From an uncultured candidate division Zixibacteria bacterium (GTDB taxonomy: Bacteria; Zixibacteria; MSB-5A5; GN15; FEB-12), in the NCBI GenBank assembly GCA_963735035.1, contig CAVTJJ010000006.1, forward strand, positions 224,001-288,000: 64,000 bases of DNA. Direction: 5' to 3'. The notes below the pieces were generated by a model. That model ran no database searches and was not told the origin of the DNA. It saw only the letters and a list, made by a program, of their open reading frames with translations. Positions 26,958-38,819 of the stretch are shown one piece after another. The translations under genes were made by a program, and so were the position numbers. Position 1 is the first letter of the stretch. Each line of letters opens with the position of its first letter.

Positions 26958-29741
26958 ATGAACATCAAGCCTTTAGTATTGGTGACAGCAATCCTGGTTC
27001 TTGCTCTGGGCCTCGCGGGCGACGCGCTGGCGAGCATTTCCAATGCTGCCGTATTATTCCTTAGAATCGCACCGGGATCTCGAGCTGCCGGCATGGGTGA
27101 AGCTTATGTGGCGATCGCCGACGATGCCACCGCCACTCACTGGAACCCGGCGGGACTCGGCAACTACCCGCTTTCCGACACCTGGATCGAGGCCAATATT
27201 CCGGCCGCATTCAGGCCTATCAAAGGATTTGCGCCACTGAGTACCGGCGGCACCCGCAACTATCTCGACTATGACATCTGGGCCATAACTCCTCAGGGTC
27301 TGATCCGGTACAACAACAAGCGCTGGAACACCGAAGAAGTGTTCGCCACCAAGACCAGTCAGACGATTGAAGAAATCGTCAAGGGCTACATCAGGACTAC
27401 TGATGAAGCCCGGTTGAAGTCAATTGTGGAGCGTGTTGCTGTGCTCAACAGTCAGGGCACTCTGGCCGAGTTGGAGTCGTTGAGGGACAGTATCATGTCT
27501 GCGCTGCCCGAGAAATACGATTCCCGTGAGAGCATCTCTCTTGATCTGGATTCACTCGTGGCCAGTTTCGCAACTTGCCGCGTGAACTGGACCCGGGTCG
27601 CCGAGGTGCGGGGTCATTTGAAGGACGGTTTGAAAGACGGGACTCTGAACAGTACCGAGTGCGATCGTTTGGCAGTTTCTTTGGAGCGTTCGCGCGCCCG
27701 CTACCTGCCGGAGATCTTACGCGTCCCTTACAGCGTGATATTTGCCAGCGAACCCACTACGATTGCCTCCACGGGAGAAGTGCTTCTTATCGGCTCCTCT
27801 GACGGACTGGCGCGATTCAACGGTCGGTATTGGGAGATGGTATGGACGTCGGACAGTCAGCCGGTCGGCGCCGTCAGTTGCATGTACCTGGCCGGTGGCG
27901 CAATACTCGTTGGCTATGATAAAGGCGTCGGGATCTTCCGTGGTCAGAGCCTGAGCCCCCTGACTACCGCAGACGCCGGTCTGCCCGCCGGAGCGGTGCA
28001 AGCCGTAGGCGGAGGATCACTGACCGATCTCTACGCCGTGGTTGACGCAAATCTGTACCATTTTGATGGCCGCATGTGGAGCGACGCGGTCGACTACACC
28101 GTGGCCGTGGATGATTCCATAGAGCGGATCGCCGCGCGGTTTTCGCTCTATGGCGGCTCAATCGATAAGCAACGTTTCATCGACCGATACAAGGTCACCC
28201 AGGCTCCGATTCTGTCGGAAGCAACAGCCGATACGACTGCGGCCATTTCGGATTCGACCCGGACCGCGACCGTAGACAGCACGTCGGTTGGCCCCGATTC
28301 ATCTCGGACCGCAACCGCCGACAGCGTATCGATTGTGCCTGATTCGACTCAGATGGCCGAGGCCGTTGTCCCGCCCACGCCTGACCCGGCAACCCCAGTC
28401 GCCGCGGGTGTGCCGGGGATAGATACTCCGTTGCAGCCGGGAGCCGTGATTCGCGTGCCGCTGGCAGCGAGTGTCAAGGGCCAGGTGACCGCCATATTTA
28501 CCGACCCCCAGAAACGTCTCTGGCTCGGCACCAGCTACGGTATCTTTTGCTTCGACGGATCCCACTGGATCGCTCCGGGATATTCCGACCACGTTGTCGC
28601 GTCGGGCGAGAGCCTCGATTCGCTCGTCAGCCGTCGTACTTATCTGAATGAGGAACAGCGCGCCATTTATCGCGCTCTCTTAACCGATGTGAATGATTTG
28701 GGTGACGGGACGCTGGCCGAAGGATCATCAATCAAGCTGTACGCCCGCCCGTCAGCTCAGCCGGTCAATGGTATCGGCGGTGACGGCCGAGTTGTGTATT
28801 TCGCCACCCAGAACGGTCTAATTGAATTTGACGGCCGCCGCTGGGCACGAACGTCGCTGCGCGGACTCACTCGTGATAATATTGTTGGAGTTAGCCTGCT
28901 TGGAAGCGAGAGCTGGATCGCGAGCAACGAAAAGCTGGTCATTAAAGGACGCGGCCACTCCGAGTTCTCCTTCATGTATGTCAAGTGGCTGCCGGAATTG
29001 GCGGACGACCTCTATTATTCGTTCCTGTCGTTTGTTTCCCCCAAGGAAGGGTGGGGTACTTTCGGCGGAAATATCACGCTGATTTCCTACGGTAAGTTTA
29101 CCCGCACCGGTGAGACGGGCGAAGATCTCGGTACTTTTGAGTCGTACGACATCGCCGCGAGCGCATCGTGGGGTACTCAGCTCAGCAACAAGATCAAGGG
29201 CGGTGTGTCATTCAAAATTATCTATTCACGTCTGTCACCGCAGGGTGCCGGGGCCGAGCAGGGCAGCGGCACGGCGACCGGCGTGGCTCTCGATCTGGGA
29301 CTGCTTTGGAACTTGACGGAACGTCTCACCTTGGGTACGGCGATAACCAACCTCGGTCCGAAAATGACCTATATTGATGCTGCACAGTCGGATGACTTGC
29401 CGCGTAACCTGGCGATAGGTGTCGCCTATCGATTCCTCCGCTCAGAATACACCAGCCTTATTGCCACAGTAGAAGCGAACAAACTACTGGTAGGGTTGAA
29501 GAACAGTAAGGACGACCTCAAAGAGTTGATCTTCAACGGGGGAGCGGAGTTCTCTTATGCCAATCTCTTTGCCGCCAGGGCCGGTTACATCTACGATCAG
29601 GAAGGTTCAATCAAGACCCCGACCCTCGGATTTGGCTTGTCCCCGTTCGCCTGGGGCAGTATGGACTTCGCCTATATTCCCAGTCAGAAGGAATTTTCAT
29701 TGGCTAATACCTTGCGTATCTCCATGCGAGTCATATTTTAG
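26958..29741 (+). CDS. porV: PorV-family outer-membrane barrel with large inserted beta-propeller/LysM region
   Basis: N-terminal FLRIAPGSRAAGMGEA...WNPAGL; C-terminal KWLPELADDLYY, IYSRL, NLGPK, RAGY, DFAYIP, NTLRIS, terminal Phe. Confidence 0.85.
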   Translation: MNIKPLVLVTAILVLALGLAGDALASISNAAVLFLRIAPGSRAAGMGEAYVAIADDATATHWNPAGLGNYPLSDTWIEANIPAAFRPIKGFAPLSTGGTRNYLDYDIWAITPQGLIRYNNKRWNTEEVFATKTSQTIEEIVKGYIRTTDEARLKSIVERVAVLNSQGTLAELESLRDSIMSALPEKYDSRESISLDLDSLVASFATCRVNWTRVAEVRGHLKDGLKDGTLNSTECDRLAVSLERSRARYLPEILRVPYSVIFASEPTTIASTGEVLLIGSSDGLARFNGRYWEMVWTSDSQPVGAVSCMYLAGGAILVGYDKGVGIFRGQSLSPLTTADAGLPAGAVQAVGGGSLTDLYAVVDANLYHFDGRMWSDAVDYTVAVDDSIERIAARFSLYGGSIDKQRFIDRYKVTQAPILSEATADTTAAISDSTRTATVDSTSVGPDSSRTATADSVSIVPDSTQMAEAVVPPTPDPATPVAAGVPGIDTPLQPGAVIRVPLAASVKGQVTAIFTDPQKRLWLGTSYGIFCFDGSHWIAPGYSDHVVASGESLDSLVSRRTYLNEEQRAIYRALLTDVNDLGDGTLAEGSSIKLYARPSAQPVNGIGGDGRVVYFATQNGLIEFDGRRWARTSLRGLTRDNIVGVSLLGSESWIASNEKLVIKGRGHSEFSFMYVKWLPELADDLYYSFLSFVSPKEGWGTFGGNITLISYGKFTRTGETGEDLGTFESYDIAASASWGTQLSNKIKGGVSFKIIYSRLSPQGAGAEQGSGTATGVALDLGLLWNLTERLTLGTAITNLGPKMTYIDAAQSDDLPRNLAIGVAYRFLRSEYTSLIATVEANKLLVGLKNSKDDLKELIFNGGAEFSYANLFAARAGYIYDQEGSIKTPTLGFGLSPFAWGSMDFAYIPSQKEFSLANTLRISMRVIF

Positions 29742-29750
29742 GACCTACGC

Positions 29751-32700
29751 ATGATCAAAGTCATTGGAAGACTATCGTGGGCCTCGCTTTTGATCGGGGC
29801 CGTACTCTGCCTTGGTTCGGTTGAGAATGGGCGGTGTGTCGATGGCCGACTCCTGGTGCCGAAGAGTCGCTCGATCGATTCTGCGGCCACCCCCAATCTT
29901 GTCCGCCACCGCTGCCTGACGCCCGAAGGCAACGACCAGCGTCTAGTCCCCACGACGACCGACCGCTGGAAGATGCCGTCACAGGCTCTCGCTGCGGACT
30001 TCGACACTACCATCCACTGTCTCGTTCTGCGATACAATTTTCAGTACGAGACCACCGATGATCCCAATACGACCGGTCGTGGTGTCATGGACCTCTCGCG
30101 CCCGCTCGATACGCTTACGGACTCCGAGTATGTTGTCCGTGAAGGTTATCTGATTGATCCACCACCGCACGATTCGCTCTATTTCGATGCTCACATGAAG
30201 GCGCTGAACCGGTACTGGGAAACGGTGTCGGGCGGGAAGATTCATATCGCCTGGGATATCTATCCGCCCTATCGCGATTCCGTTTATCAGTTGCCGCATC
30301 CCATGAGTTATTACGGTCGCTGCGAATTCTCGCAGGTGGTGGGCGGTCTGGAGAATTTCTTCGTCGACTGCATCAAGATGGCGGATACGCTCGATCCGGA
30401 AATCGACTTTTCAAAATATGAGTCGTTCTTTCTCTTTCACGCCGGTTCCGACGCGCAGAATGATATTGGTTTCCCCAGGACCTGTCTCGACCTGTTCAGC
30501 GGCTACATCAAGTTCGGCGACACGGTCTGGGTAGACAACGACAGCAACATGGTACGGTCCGGCCTGATGATGCCGGAAACCACGGTACAGGACGGCAGAA
30601 TCACAGCGCTAAATGCCGTATTGGCGCACGAATTCGGCCACCAGCTTGGTCTGGTGGACCTTTATGACACCGAGAATTTCTTCACTCAATTGGGTGACTT
30701 CTCGCTGATGGACAATAACGGCTTTGGCACCGGGATCGATTTCGGATTTCCCGCCGGCAAGGTCTTCGGTGCTCTGCCGGTGTTTCCCGATGCCTGGTCG
30801 CGCGGTTTCCTGGGAATTGATGAGGTCGTTGATTTTCGCGCGGACACGGTCGGAGTCGATCTGGTCGCAGCTGAGTTGACAACCGAGCCCGGGCTCAAGA
30901 TTGCGCGCCTGCCGATTTCCGAAAGCGAATACTATCTGATAGAGAACCGAATAGACGAGATCGACGGGAAGACCACTAACATTCTCGCCGACCAGCAGAC
31001 CAGTGTCATCCAGGGACCCATCGACGCGGACCGGAACTTTACGGGTGAATACGATTTCCTGATGCCCGGATCGGGAGTGCTGATCTACCATGTGGACGAG
31101 GAAGTGGCAGGCGCTGGACTATGTTGGCGACGGACGGAACAACTTTGCCGATAACCATTTGCAGTGGCTCCGTGATGATCGCAAATTCATAAGCCTGGTG
31201 GAAGCTGACGGGATCGTTCATTTTGGCGGGAACTATTACGCCGGGTATGGTGATCAGGGTGATTTCTACCGTGACGACCAGGCCCATGCGTTCACCCCCA
31301 ACTCCAATCCACAGACGATCGACAATACCGGCAACCAGACCCATTTCTATGTCGAGAATATCGGTCGGCTGCCCATCCCCGGCGGTCACGATCGGCAACA
31401 CGCCACATTCGATTTCTCACCGGACCTTCAGGTCAAGGGATTCCCGGTTCGTGCCGGTTTCCCGCAGTTGTCTCTCGCGCCGATTGCCGACGATCTTGAC
31501 GGCGACGGGACCGATGAGATAATCATGGCGGCCGGAAGGTATTTGTCGGTGATGACAAGTAGTGGCGAAAATTTCGTTCGATCGAAATACCCCTGTCCGG
31601 CCTGTCCGCTCGTTTACGATACCGTGCCATCTTCGGTGAACGTTGGGTCTTCGGATAACCCCGCGGCCGTCCAGCCGGTGCCGGTATACGATGTGGTGCC
31701 TATCCTGATTACCGCCGGTCCCGTGACCGGCAGTCTGAATTCTTCCGACACCACGAAACTCGTGGCCGTAGGCTACCCGCATGCCGTTATTCCAGGAGCT
31801 GGCTGGGTAACGTTGTATGAGCCGCTTGACGAAAACGGAAACGCACGGGCCGACAAGCTCGATTCTCTCGGTACCCAGGGCCTGCCGGTAGCCTTATCGT
31901 TCGGCGATTCGATTCTCTACGCTCTCACCGAAACCGGTTACGTTCATCGATGGGCGGTGGCTGCCAATGTCCGGACATCGGGGGCCCTTCCGCAAAGAGA
32001 TCTCTATCGTGGTGTTTGCAGACTGGGGAACGATCTCGTCGTGATCGCGTGTGATACGGCGGCGGACGCTTCCGATGATTCAACCTGGATATATCTGGTC
32101 ACTAAGACCGAACCCAATTCTTATCTGAGCATCTTCAGCGATAGTCTCGCTGGCCTTTATGTTTGGGGACCGGTGGCGGCCGATATGAATCTTGACGGCA
32201 ACTATGAAATCGCGGCCTTCACGCCCACCGGTGAAGCGATTCTGATAACCGTAAATCGTAGCGGCGCTACTCCATCGTTCAGCGTTCTCAGCCATCGCGA
32301 GACCGACCATATGATTTTGAGTCAACCCTCAGCGGGAGATATTGATCTCGATGGCTATCCCGAAATTGTGGTGGGTGGTCTCAATGAATTGCTGGCCTTC
32401 AATGCCGACTTGATCTACAAAACCGATTTTCCGCTCATGGTCGATGACCGGTTCCCCGACGCCAATATTATTGCCTCTCCGATGATCGCGGATATAGGCT
32501 CAGCGCATCGCCCGGCCGTGGTGGCCCCGTCGAGCCGTGGTAATTTCTATTCGTTCGAGCCCGGTCTGAGCTTTGGTTTCCCGCTGTCCAGCGGGGAGCA
32601 AAGACAGCCTCTATCAGGCACTACGTCCGTTCTGTTTAGGGATTCCACCGGCGGCAAGCTAGGCTGGCTGGGCGGCGACGGATGGTTCTATGCGTGGGAA

Positions 32701-33093
32701 GTCAACGCCGACTCGACCACCAACTTCTGGCCGATGAACGGCGGGGGCCCGGGCGGAACGTTTGCCCTAAACACGGGCAAGCTTCCGGACGTTACTCCCG
32801 GTTCGACTGTGTTCGATGACGCCCGGTTTTACAACTACCCCAACCCGGTGCGCGGGGATGAAACCACCATCAGGTACTATCTCGGCGACGACGCCAACAG
32901 CGTGACGCTCAACATTTTCGATCTGTCGGGACGGCGCGTCGCACAGCTTGAAGGCAAGACACGCGGGGGAACAGACAACGAAGTTATTTGGAATTGCAGT
33001 AGTGTAGCCACCGGCGTCTATCGTTGTGTTATCAAGGTCAATTTCGCGGGCGACAGTAAGACCGCGTTTACAGATATCGCAGTGATCAAATAA
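29751..33093 (+). CDS. M6 (immune inhibitor A-like) metalloprotease with FG-GAP repeats and T9SS CTD; one frameshift near 31110
   Basis: HAG, HEFGHQLGLVDLY, EYYLIENR, GVLIYHVDE in ORF 29751. Continues LDYVGDG...SLVEADG, DLDGDGTDE repeats and YNYPNP...IFDLSGR...TGVY in ORF 31090. Removing one G at gaagtggcaggcgctg joins them. Confidence 0.8.
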
Positions 33094-33104
33094 GGGATAT
33101 TGGA

Positions 33105-34073
33105 ATGAACAAGTGCTTTTTGTTGGCAGTAATGACATGTGTGGCTCTGTTGGGAGCCGTCTCCGGAGTCTCGGCAATCGAGCTGAAGCAATCGGCTCTG
33201 GAACAGGAATTTCATCAGGTCAGATTTGAAGGTGTCACTTCGGCTCTGAAGAGCTCCAGCAGCGGGTTTGCTGCGGCCGGTGAGGAAGGAATCGGTGACC
33301 CGGGGGCTTCCGATCAGACCGATAAGACTCTCAAGCCGAAATCACCGGCGAAAGCCTTCCTGTTTTCGGCCATACTCCCCGGAGCGGGTCAGTTCTACAA
33401 TGGCAATAGGATCAAGTCGGGTGTCTTTCTCGGCTTCGAAGCGGCTTCCTGGATATTGCATTTCAAGGCCAACAGCAACGGAGACAAGGCCACTACTGAT
33501 TTCCAGAACTACAACCAGGTCCACTGGTCGGCATATGCTTTTCAGGATCTGACAAGTCCGGGGGATTCGCTCACCAGGTATGGTCAGTACCTGTATTGGG
33601 CATACGGTGTGACAACAGATGATACCCTGTCTGGACTTACTCATCACCTACCCAAAACCCGTACCCAGCAGTACTATGAAATGACCGGCAAGTATGATCA
33701 ATTCGCGTGGGGTTGGGATGACGCAACGAGAGACAGCCTTAGTCTTCAGCAATATTATATCGATTCGTGTACCACCGGAAGTGATCTGAGGATCAGTACT
33801 GGAAACAGTGTCCCGATATCAGCGCATAGGATTGTATACGAAGGAAAGCGCAAGCGCGCCAATGACTATTACAGCACGGCGGATACCTGGCTGATCGTTA
33901 CTATCGCCAACCATTTGATCAGCGGTTTTGAGGCGTATATTTCGGCTAAGAAACACAATCGAAGCATAGCGGAGTCTGATCTCGAATTCTCACGTGTCGA
34001 TGTAAACGTCTCGCTAAAGTCGTATCACGCTTTTCGCGACACGCCTTATCTCAAAATGTCCTATAAATTCTGA
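33105..34073 (+). CDS. DUF5683-like secreted/membrane protein
   Basis: Signal peptide; KSPAKAFLFSAILPGAGQFY; YYEMTGKYDQF; terminal YKF. Confidence 0.65.
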   Translation: MNKCFLLAVMTCVALLGAVSGVSAIELKQSALEQEFHQVRFEGVTSALKSSSSGFAAAGEEGIGDPGASDQTDKTLKPKSPAKAFLFSAILPGAGQFYNGNRIKSGVFLGFEAASWILHFKANSNGDKATTDFQNYNQVHWSAYAFQDLTSPGDSLTRYGQYLYWAYGVTTDDTLSGLTHHLPKTRTQQYYEMTGKYDQFAWGWDDATRDSLSLQQYYIDSCTTGSDLRISTGNSVPISAHRIVYEGKRKRANDYYSTADTWLIVTIANHLISGFEAYISAKKHNRSIAESDLEFSRVDVNVSLKSYHAFRDTPYLKMSYKF

Positions 34074-34088
34074 GATGGACCTGAACAC

Positions 34089-34907
34089 ATGGTGAAGCAG
34101 ATTTTGATGGTTCTCATTTTGGTCGCGGCTCTGACCGGGGTCGTTTCGGCGGTGGAGTTGGCGGACACTCCGGTGCACGAAGCAATGCGGGTAGCGATAG
34201 CCGGGGTTGACGTGCCCACTTCAAATGTCTGGGCCGACAAGAGCGGCGATGAATTCGGTGACGATCAAAAGATCGGGAAACCGGCAGATAAGATGGCGAC
34301 TGAAGGAAAAGGCGGAAAGTCAGTTTTGAAAGCCGGCCTGTTGTCAGCCCTTGTCCCCGGTGGCGGCCAGTACTATCTGGGTCGCCGACGCACCGCCAAA
34401 TTCTTTTTTGCCGCGGAAGCGGCTACCTGGGTGGCGTACGTCTCCTTCCACACTTATGGAAATTGGAAGAAGGCCGATTACATAGGATACGCCGCCGAGC
34501 ACGCTCACGCGCAGTTGGCCGGCAAGAGCGAGAACTTCCTCAACTGGGTCGGCTTTTACGACAACCTCCGGGAGTTCAATACCATGGGGCGGGTTTCTGA
34601 CCCGGATCGCCCCTATCTCGAAAACACTCCGACGAATCACTGGGAATGGCAATCCGAGAGTGAACGCCGGATGTACCGCGACTTGAGAAACGGCAGCAAA
34701 GAATCGTATCGTCGCGCTGATTTCATGATCGTCGCTGCGGTGGTTGACCGGATTATTTCGATTGTCGATGCGGTTCGCAGCGCCTCACGCATGAGCCGGG
34801 AGATTGAAGGAGACGAGTTCTCAATGCAGTCGAACCGTCGGTTCAAATTTGCGGTCGATCCGCTTGCTTCGCGGCAGGTATGTCTTACAGTTTATCCCGG
34901 CTTCTGA
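34089..34907 (+). CDS. DUF5683-like protein, paralog of the preceding gene
   Basis: KSVLKAGLLSALVPGGGQYYLG; RIISIVDA helix matches HLISGFEA in the paralog. Confidence 0.65.
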   Translation: MVKQILMVLILVAALTGVVSAVELADTPVHEAMRVAIAGVDVPTSNVWADKSGDEFGDDQKIGKPADKMATEGKGGKSVLKAGLLSALVPGGGQYYLGRRRTAKFFFAAEAATWVAYVSFHTYGNWKKADYIGYAAEHAHAQLAGKSENFLNWVGFYDNLREFNTMGRVSDPDRPYLENTPTNHWEWQSESERRMYRDLRNGSKESYRRADFMIVAAVVDRIISIVDAVRSASRMSREIEGDEFSMQSNRRFKFAVDPLASRQVCLTVYPGF

Positions 34908-35875
34908 GTCTCGCCGCAGGGTTCGTCCCGATCGCGGCCGTCTTGATGGCGGTGGCGGGATGCGGCGGCCCGGCTGCCGTTAGAACCGAGTCTGTTTCAG
35001 ACACTCCTCCGACCGAACTCCTTCTCGAAAGAACTATCTCAGGGACAGTACTCGGACGTCCCATGGGACGTTTGACTTCGCTGGCCGTCAGTGATCGAGG
35101 ATCGATCTACCTTCTGGACGCCGACAATAATCGTGTCATCTGGTTCGGGCGAGACCTGCTTCCGCTGAGAGATTATTCGGGCCGGGGTGACATTGCCGCC
35201 ACTTTCAGTGACCCCCGTTCCATTACCGTTGATGCCGACAACAATGTCTGGATCAGCGACTTTGGTCACCGACGATTGATCCGAACCAACGACCGCCTGG
35301 AATTGACCGGGGAGATAGACTGCCGAAACGACACGGCTTTTGGGGGCATAGGGCGTCCGGGATGTATGGCCGTCACCGGTTTTGGCGATATCTGGGTCGT
35401 TGACGTTGACAACCAGCGGATCGTCGTTCTGGATGCAGTCGGCAACGCCGCCCAGACGGTCGGCGATTTTGGGCATCCGGGCGGCAAACTGGACCATCCG
35501 TCCAAATTGTTATGCGGGCCGGACGACCATGTCTGGGTATGCGATCAAGGGAACCGCCGGGTGATGGAATACGATGGTGAGGGTGGAGTGGTTCGTGAGA
35601 TCGGTATAGGGATCCTTGAGAGTCCCATCGCAGTGGCGTTGGATAGCCGCCGCCGGGTCTGGGTGCTCGAATCAGAGAGCGGAAAGATTCATTGTTTTGA
35701 CCACGAGGGCCGTTACCTGTCCACAATTGGTCCGGTCATATCCGGCTCTGACAAGCCGCTTCTGAAACCTTCTGATATAGCGTTCATGCCCGATGACCGG
35801 CTCGTCATCATTGACTCATACGGCCGTCTCCTGGTTTGTCGTCCTAGTTCGACCGCGTCTGTTTCAGGTCCCTAA
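34880..35875 (+). CDS. NHL-repeat beta-propeller lipoprotein
   Basis: VAGC lipobox; repeats such as PRSITVDADNNVWISDFGHRRL and VWVCDQGNRRV. Confidence 0.8.
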   Translation: MSYSLSRLLSLAAGFVPIAAVLMAVAGCGGPAAVRTESVSDTPPTELLLERTISGTVLGRPMGRLTSLAVSDRGSIYLLDADNNRVIWFGRDLLPLRDYSGRGDIAATFSDPRSITVDADNNVWISDFGHRRLIRTNDRLELTGEIDCRNDTAFGGIGRPGCMAVTGFGDIWVVDVDNQRIVVLDAVGNAAQTVGDFGHPGGKLDHPSKLLCGPDDHVWVCDQGNRRVMEYDGEGGVVREIGIGILESPIAVALDSRRRVWVLESESGKIHCFDHEGRYLSTIGPVISGSDKPLLKPSDIAFMPDDRLVIIDSYGRLLVCRPSSTASVSGP

Positions 35876-35895
35876 ATCGATTCAGCGGTTCAAAG

Positions 35896-35924
35896 TTGAC
35901 ACTCGAGGGAAGGGGTTCTATAGT
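35896..35924 (+). promoter_or_regulatory. Sigma70-like promoter, probably producing a leaderless mRNA
   Basis: TTGACA-17 nt-TATAGT, with the GTG start 5 nt downstream. Confidence 0.65.
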
Positions 35925-35929
35925 CGCAT

Positions 35930-36775
35930 GTGCAGCGATTCATTGACTGGCTGCGCTTGATCCGACTGGTCAACTGCCTGCTTGCTTCGGTGGGAGTCTG
36001 GATCGGCGCGTATCTGACCTGGAACAGCCCTGAATACTACGGCCCCGTGGTAGTGTCTCTCTCGGCCTTCTTGATCTGTGCGGCCGGGAATGTTCTTAAC
36101 GATCTGGTCGATATCCGGGTTGACGCGATCAACCGGCCGGAACGAGTACTGGTGACCGGACGAATTTCGCCACAGGCCGCCCGCAACGCCGCCATAGCTT
36201 TGGACCTAATCGCTGTCTTGATGAGTGCGGCTGTTTCATGGCCTGCTCTAGCGCTTGGCCTTGTCACGGTCGGAATTCTGACCGCCTACAATTTGAAGCT
36301 CAAGCGGGTACCCGTGTCAGGCAATGTGGCCGTGGCCTTGTCGGCCGGTTTGACTTTTATCGCCGGAGGTTTGGCCGTCGATCCCGTCCTTGCTTTTCGG
36401 CTCCCGGGGCCGCTGATAGGGGCTTTATTCGCTTTCTTCTTTCATCTCGTCCGCGAAATTGTCAAAGACGTCCAAGATATGGAAGGGGATGGGGCGGCCG
36501 GGCTCCGGTCGCTGCCACTGGTCGCCGGAGTACCTGTCGCAATGATGACCGCATTGGGGCTCTTTACGGCCATGGTTGTTCTGACTTTTGTACCGCTCTG
36601 GTTGCACTGGTTTGGCCGACCTTACGAAATTATCACCGTCTATGTTGTTGACCTGCCGCTATTGTTACTGCTGATTGGGTCTGGGCGGCATCCCAGTCCC
36701 CGGATGCTAAGAGTCGTTTCCGGAGCGCTCAAAATCGGCATGGCCCTGGGGTTATTGGCTTTGTTGCTCGGTTAA
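35930..36775 (+). CDS. UbiA prenyltransferase, DGGGP-synthase-like
   Basis: LIRLVN, GNVLNDLVDIRVDAINRPER, REIVKDVQDMEGD; multiple TM helices. Confidence 0.85.
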   Translation: MQRFIDWLRLIRLVNCLLASVGVWIGAYLTWNSPEYYGPVVVSLSAFLICAAGNVLNDLVDIRVDAINRPERVLVTGRISPQAARNAAIALDLIAVLMSAAVSWPALALGLVTVGILTAYNLKLKRVPVSGNVAVALSAGLTFIAGGLAVDPVLAFRLPGPLIGALFAFFFHLVREIVKDVQDMEGDGAAGLRSLPLVAGVPVAMMTALGLFTAMVVLTFVPLWLHWFGRPYEIITVYVVDLPLLLLLIGSGRHPSPRMLRVVSGALKIGMALGLLALLLG

Positions 36776-36901
36776 CACATTTTAACGAAACCTGTACCCA
36801 AAGTGTCAGTATAACTCCGATAAGCCGCATGTTGTGTCTGATCTAACTAAGAACTTGACAAACAGTTAACAGATTTTTACCAACACAGGCTGAGCTTCGG
36901 A

Positions 36902-37798
36902 ATGTTTGAGCAACTGGGCCTTATGAATCTACTGCGAACGGCAAGAACACTGGTTCTTACGGGCACTTTGATATTGGTCTTGTCACCCCTGGGACGGGCT
37001 GCTATTTCGGTATCCCAGTCGGTCGATCGCACCGATATGGCGTTTGCTGATACAGCCAATTTCAGGATTACCGTGACCTGGGACGGTCCCGCGTACGCCT
37101 ACCGGTTCGACAAGGCCTTCCGTCTGCAGTCGGATAGGTTGAAGGTCGCCCGGTTCTCGTCCTCGGTGCGTTCTACCGGCGTCGGGCCGAGTGAAATTAC
37201 CACCAAGATATTCGACTATCAGTTGACCCCGGCTCTATCCGGAGCGGCGACGGTCCAGCCTCTTATAATTGACTATACAACCTACCCGGATTCTACGACC
37301 GGCCAGCTCCAGACCGATGCGGTCACCATTTCGGTGGCCGAGCCGAAACCCTCGAAATCTCTGGACAAGGGCGGTTTCAGCGGCGGCTTGATCGCTCTGG
37401 TAGTCGTCTTTGCTCTCGGCCTGGCGGTTGGTCTCTATGCCATCTTCAAGCCCAAGGCGAAGAAAGAAATCATCAAGAGTCCGGTTGAGCTCATGCTTGA
37501 GAATCTGGATGCTGCTCGCAAAGACGCCGGCATGGATCTCAAGAAATTCCAGAGCGGTGTTACCCAGTGCCTAACTGGTTATATCCTGGCTCGCTACGGA
37601 ACGGACCTGACCGGCAGATCAGCCGCGCAGGCGGCCATGGAATTGGAAAGGGTCGAACCCAATCAAGCGACTCGCGAAGCTCTGGCCGGATGGCTGGCCC
37701 GCGCTGAGCGGGAGAAGTTCTCACCGTTAGCGTCGGCTCCCGGAGAAGTCTCACGACTGGAATCAGAAATTCGCGCCTTTTTCGAAAAGTTGAAATAA
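36902..37798 (+). CDS. BatD-like single-pass membrane protein
   Basis: Signal peptide, Ig-like SQSVDRT... domain, TM helix, helical tail (AEREKFSP); heads the MoxR/Bat operon. Start may be 36923. Confidence 0.6.
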   Translation: MFEQLGLMNLLRTARTLVLTGTLILVLSPLGRAAISVSQSVDRTDMAFADTANFRITVTWDGPAYAYRFDKAFRLQSDRLKVARFSSSVRSTGVGPSEITTKIFDYQLTPALSGAATVQPLIIDYTTYPDSTTGQLQTDAVTISVAEPKPSKSLDKGGFSGGLIALVVVFALGLAVGLYAIFKPKAKKEIIKSPVELMLENLDAARKDAGMDLKKFQSGVTQCLTGYILARYGTDLTGRSAAQAAMELERVEPNQATREALAGWLARAEREKFSPLASAPGEVSRLESEIRAFFEKLK

Positions 37799-37817
37799 GC
37801 GATAGTGTGGAGGATAG

Positions 37818-38816
<999 letters not shown>

Positions 38817-38819
38817 GCC

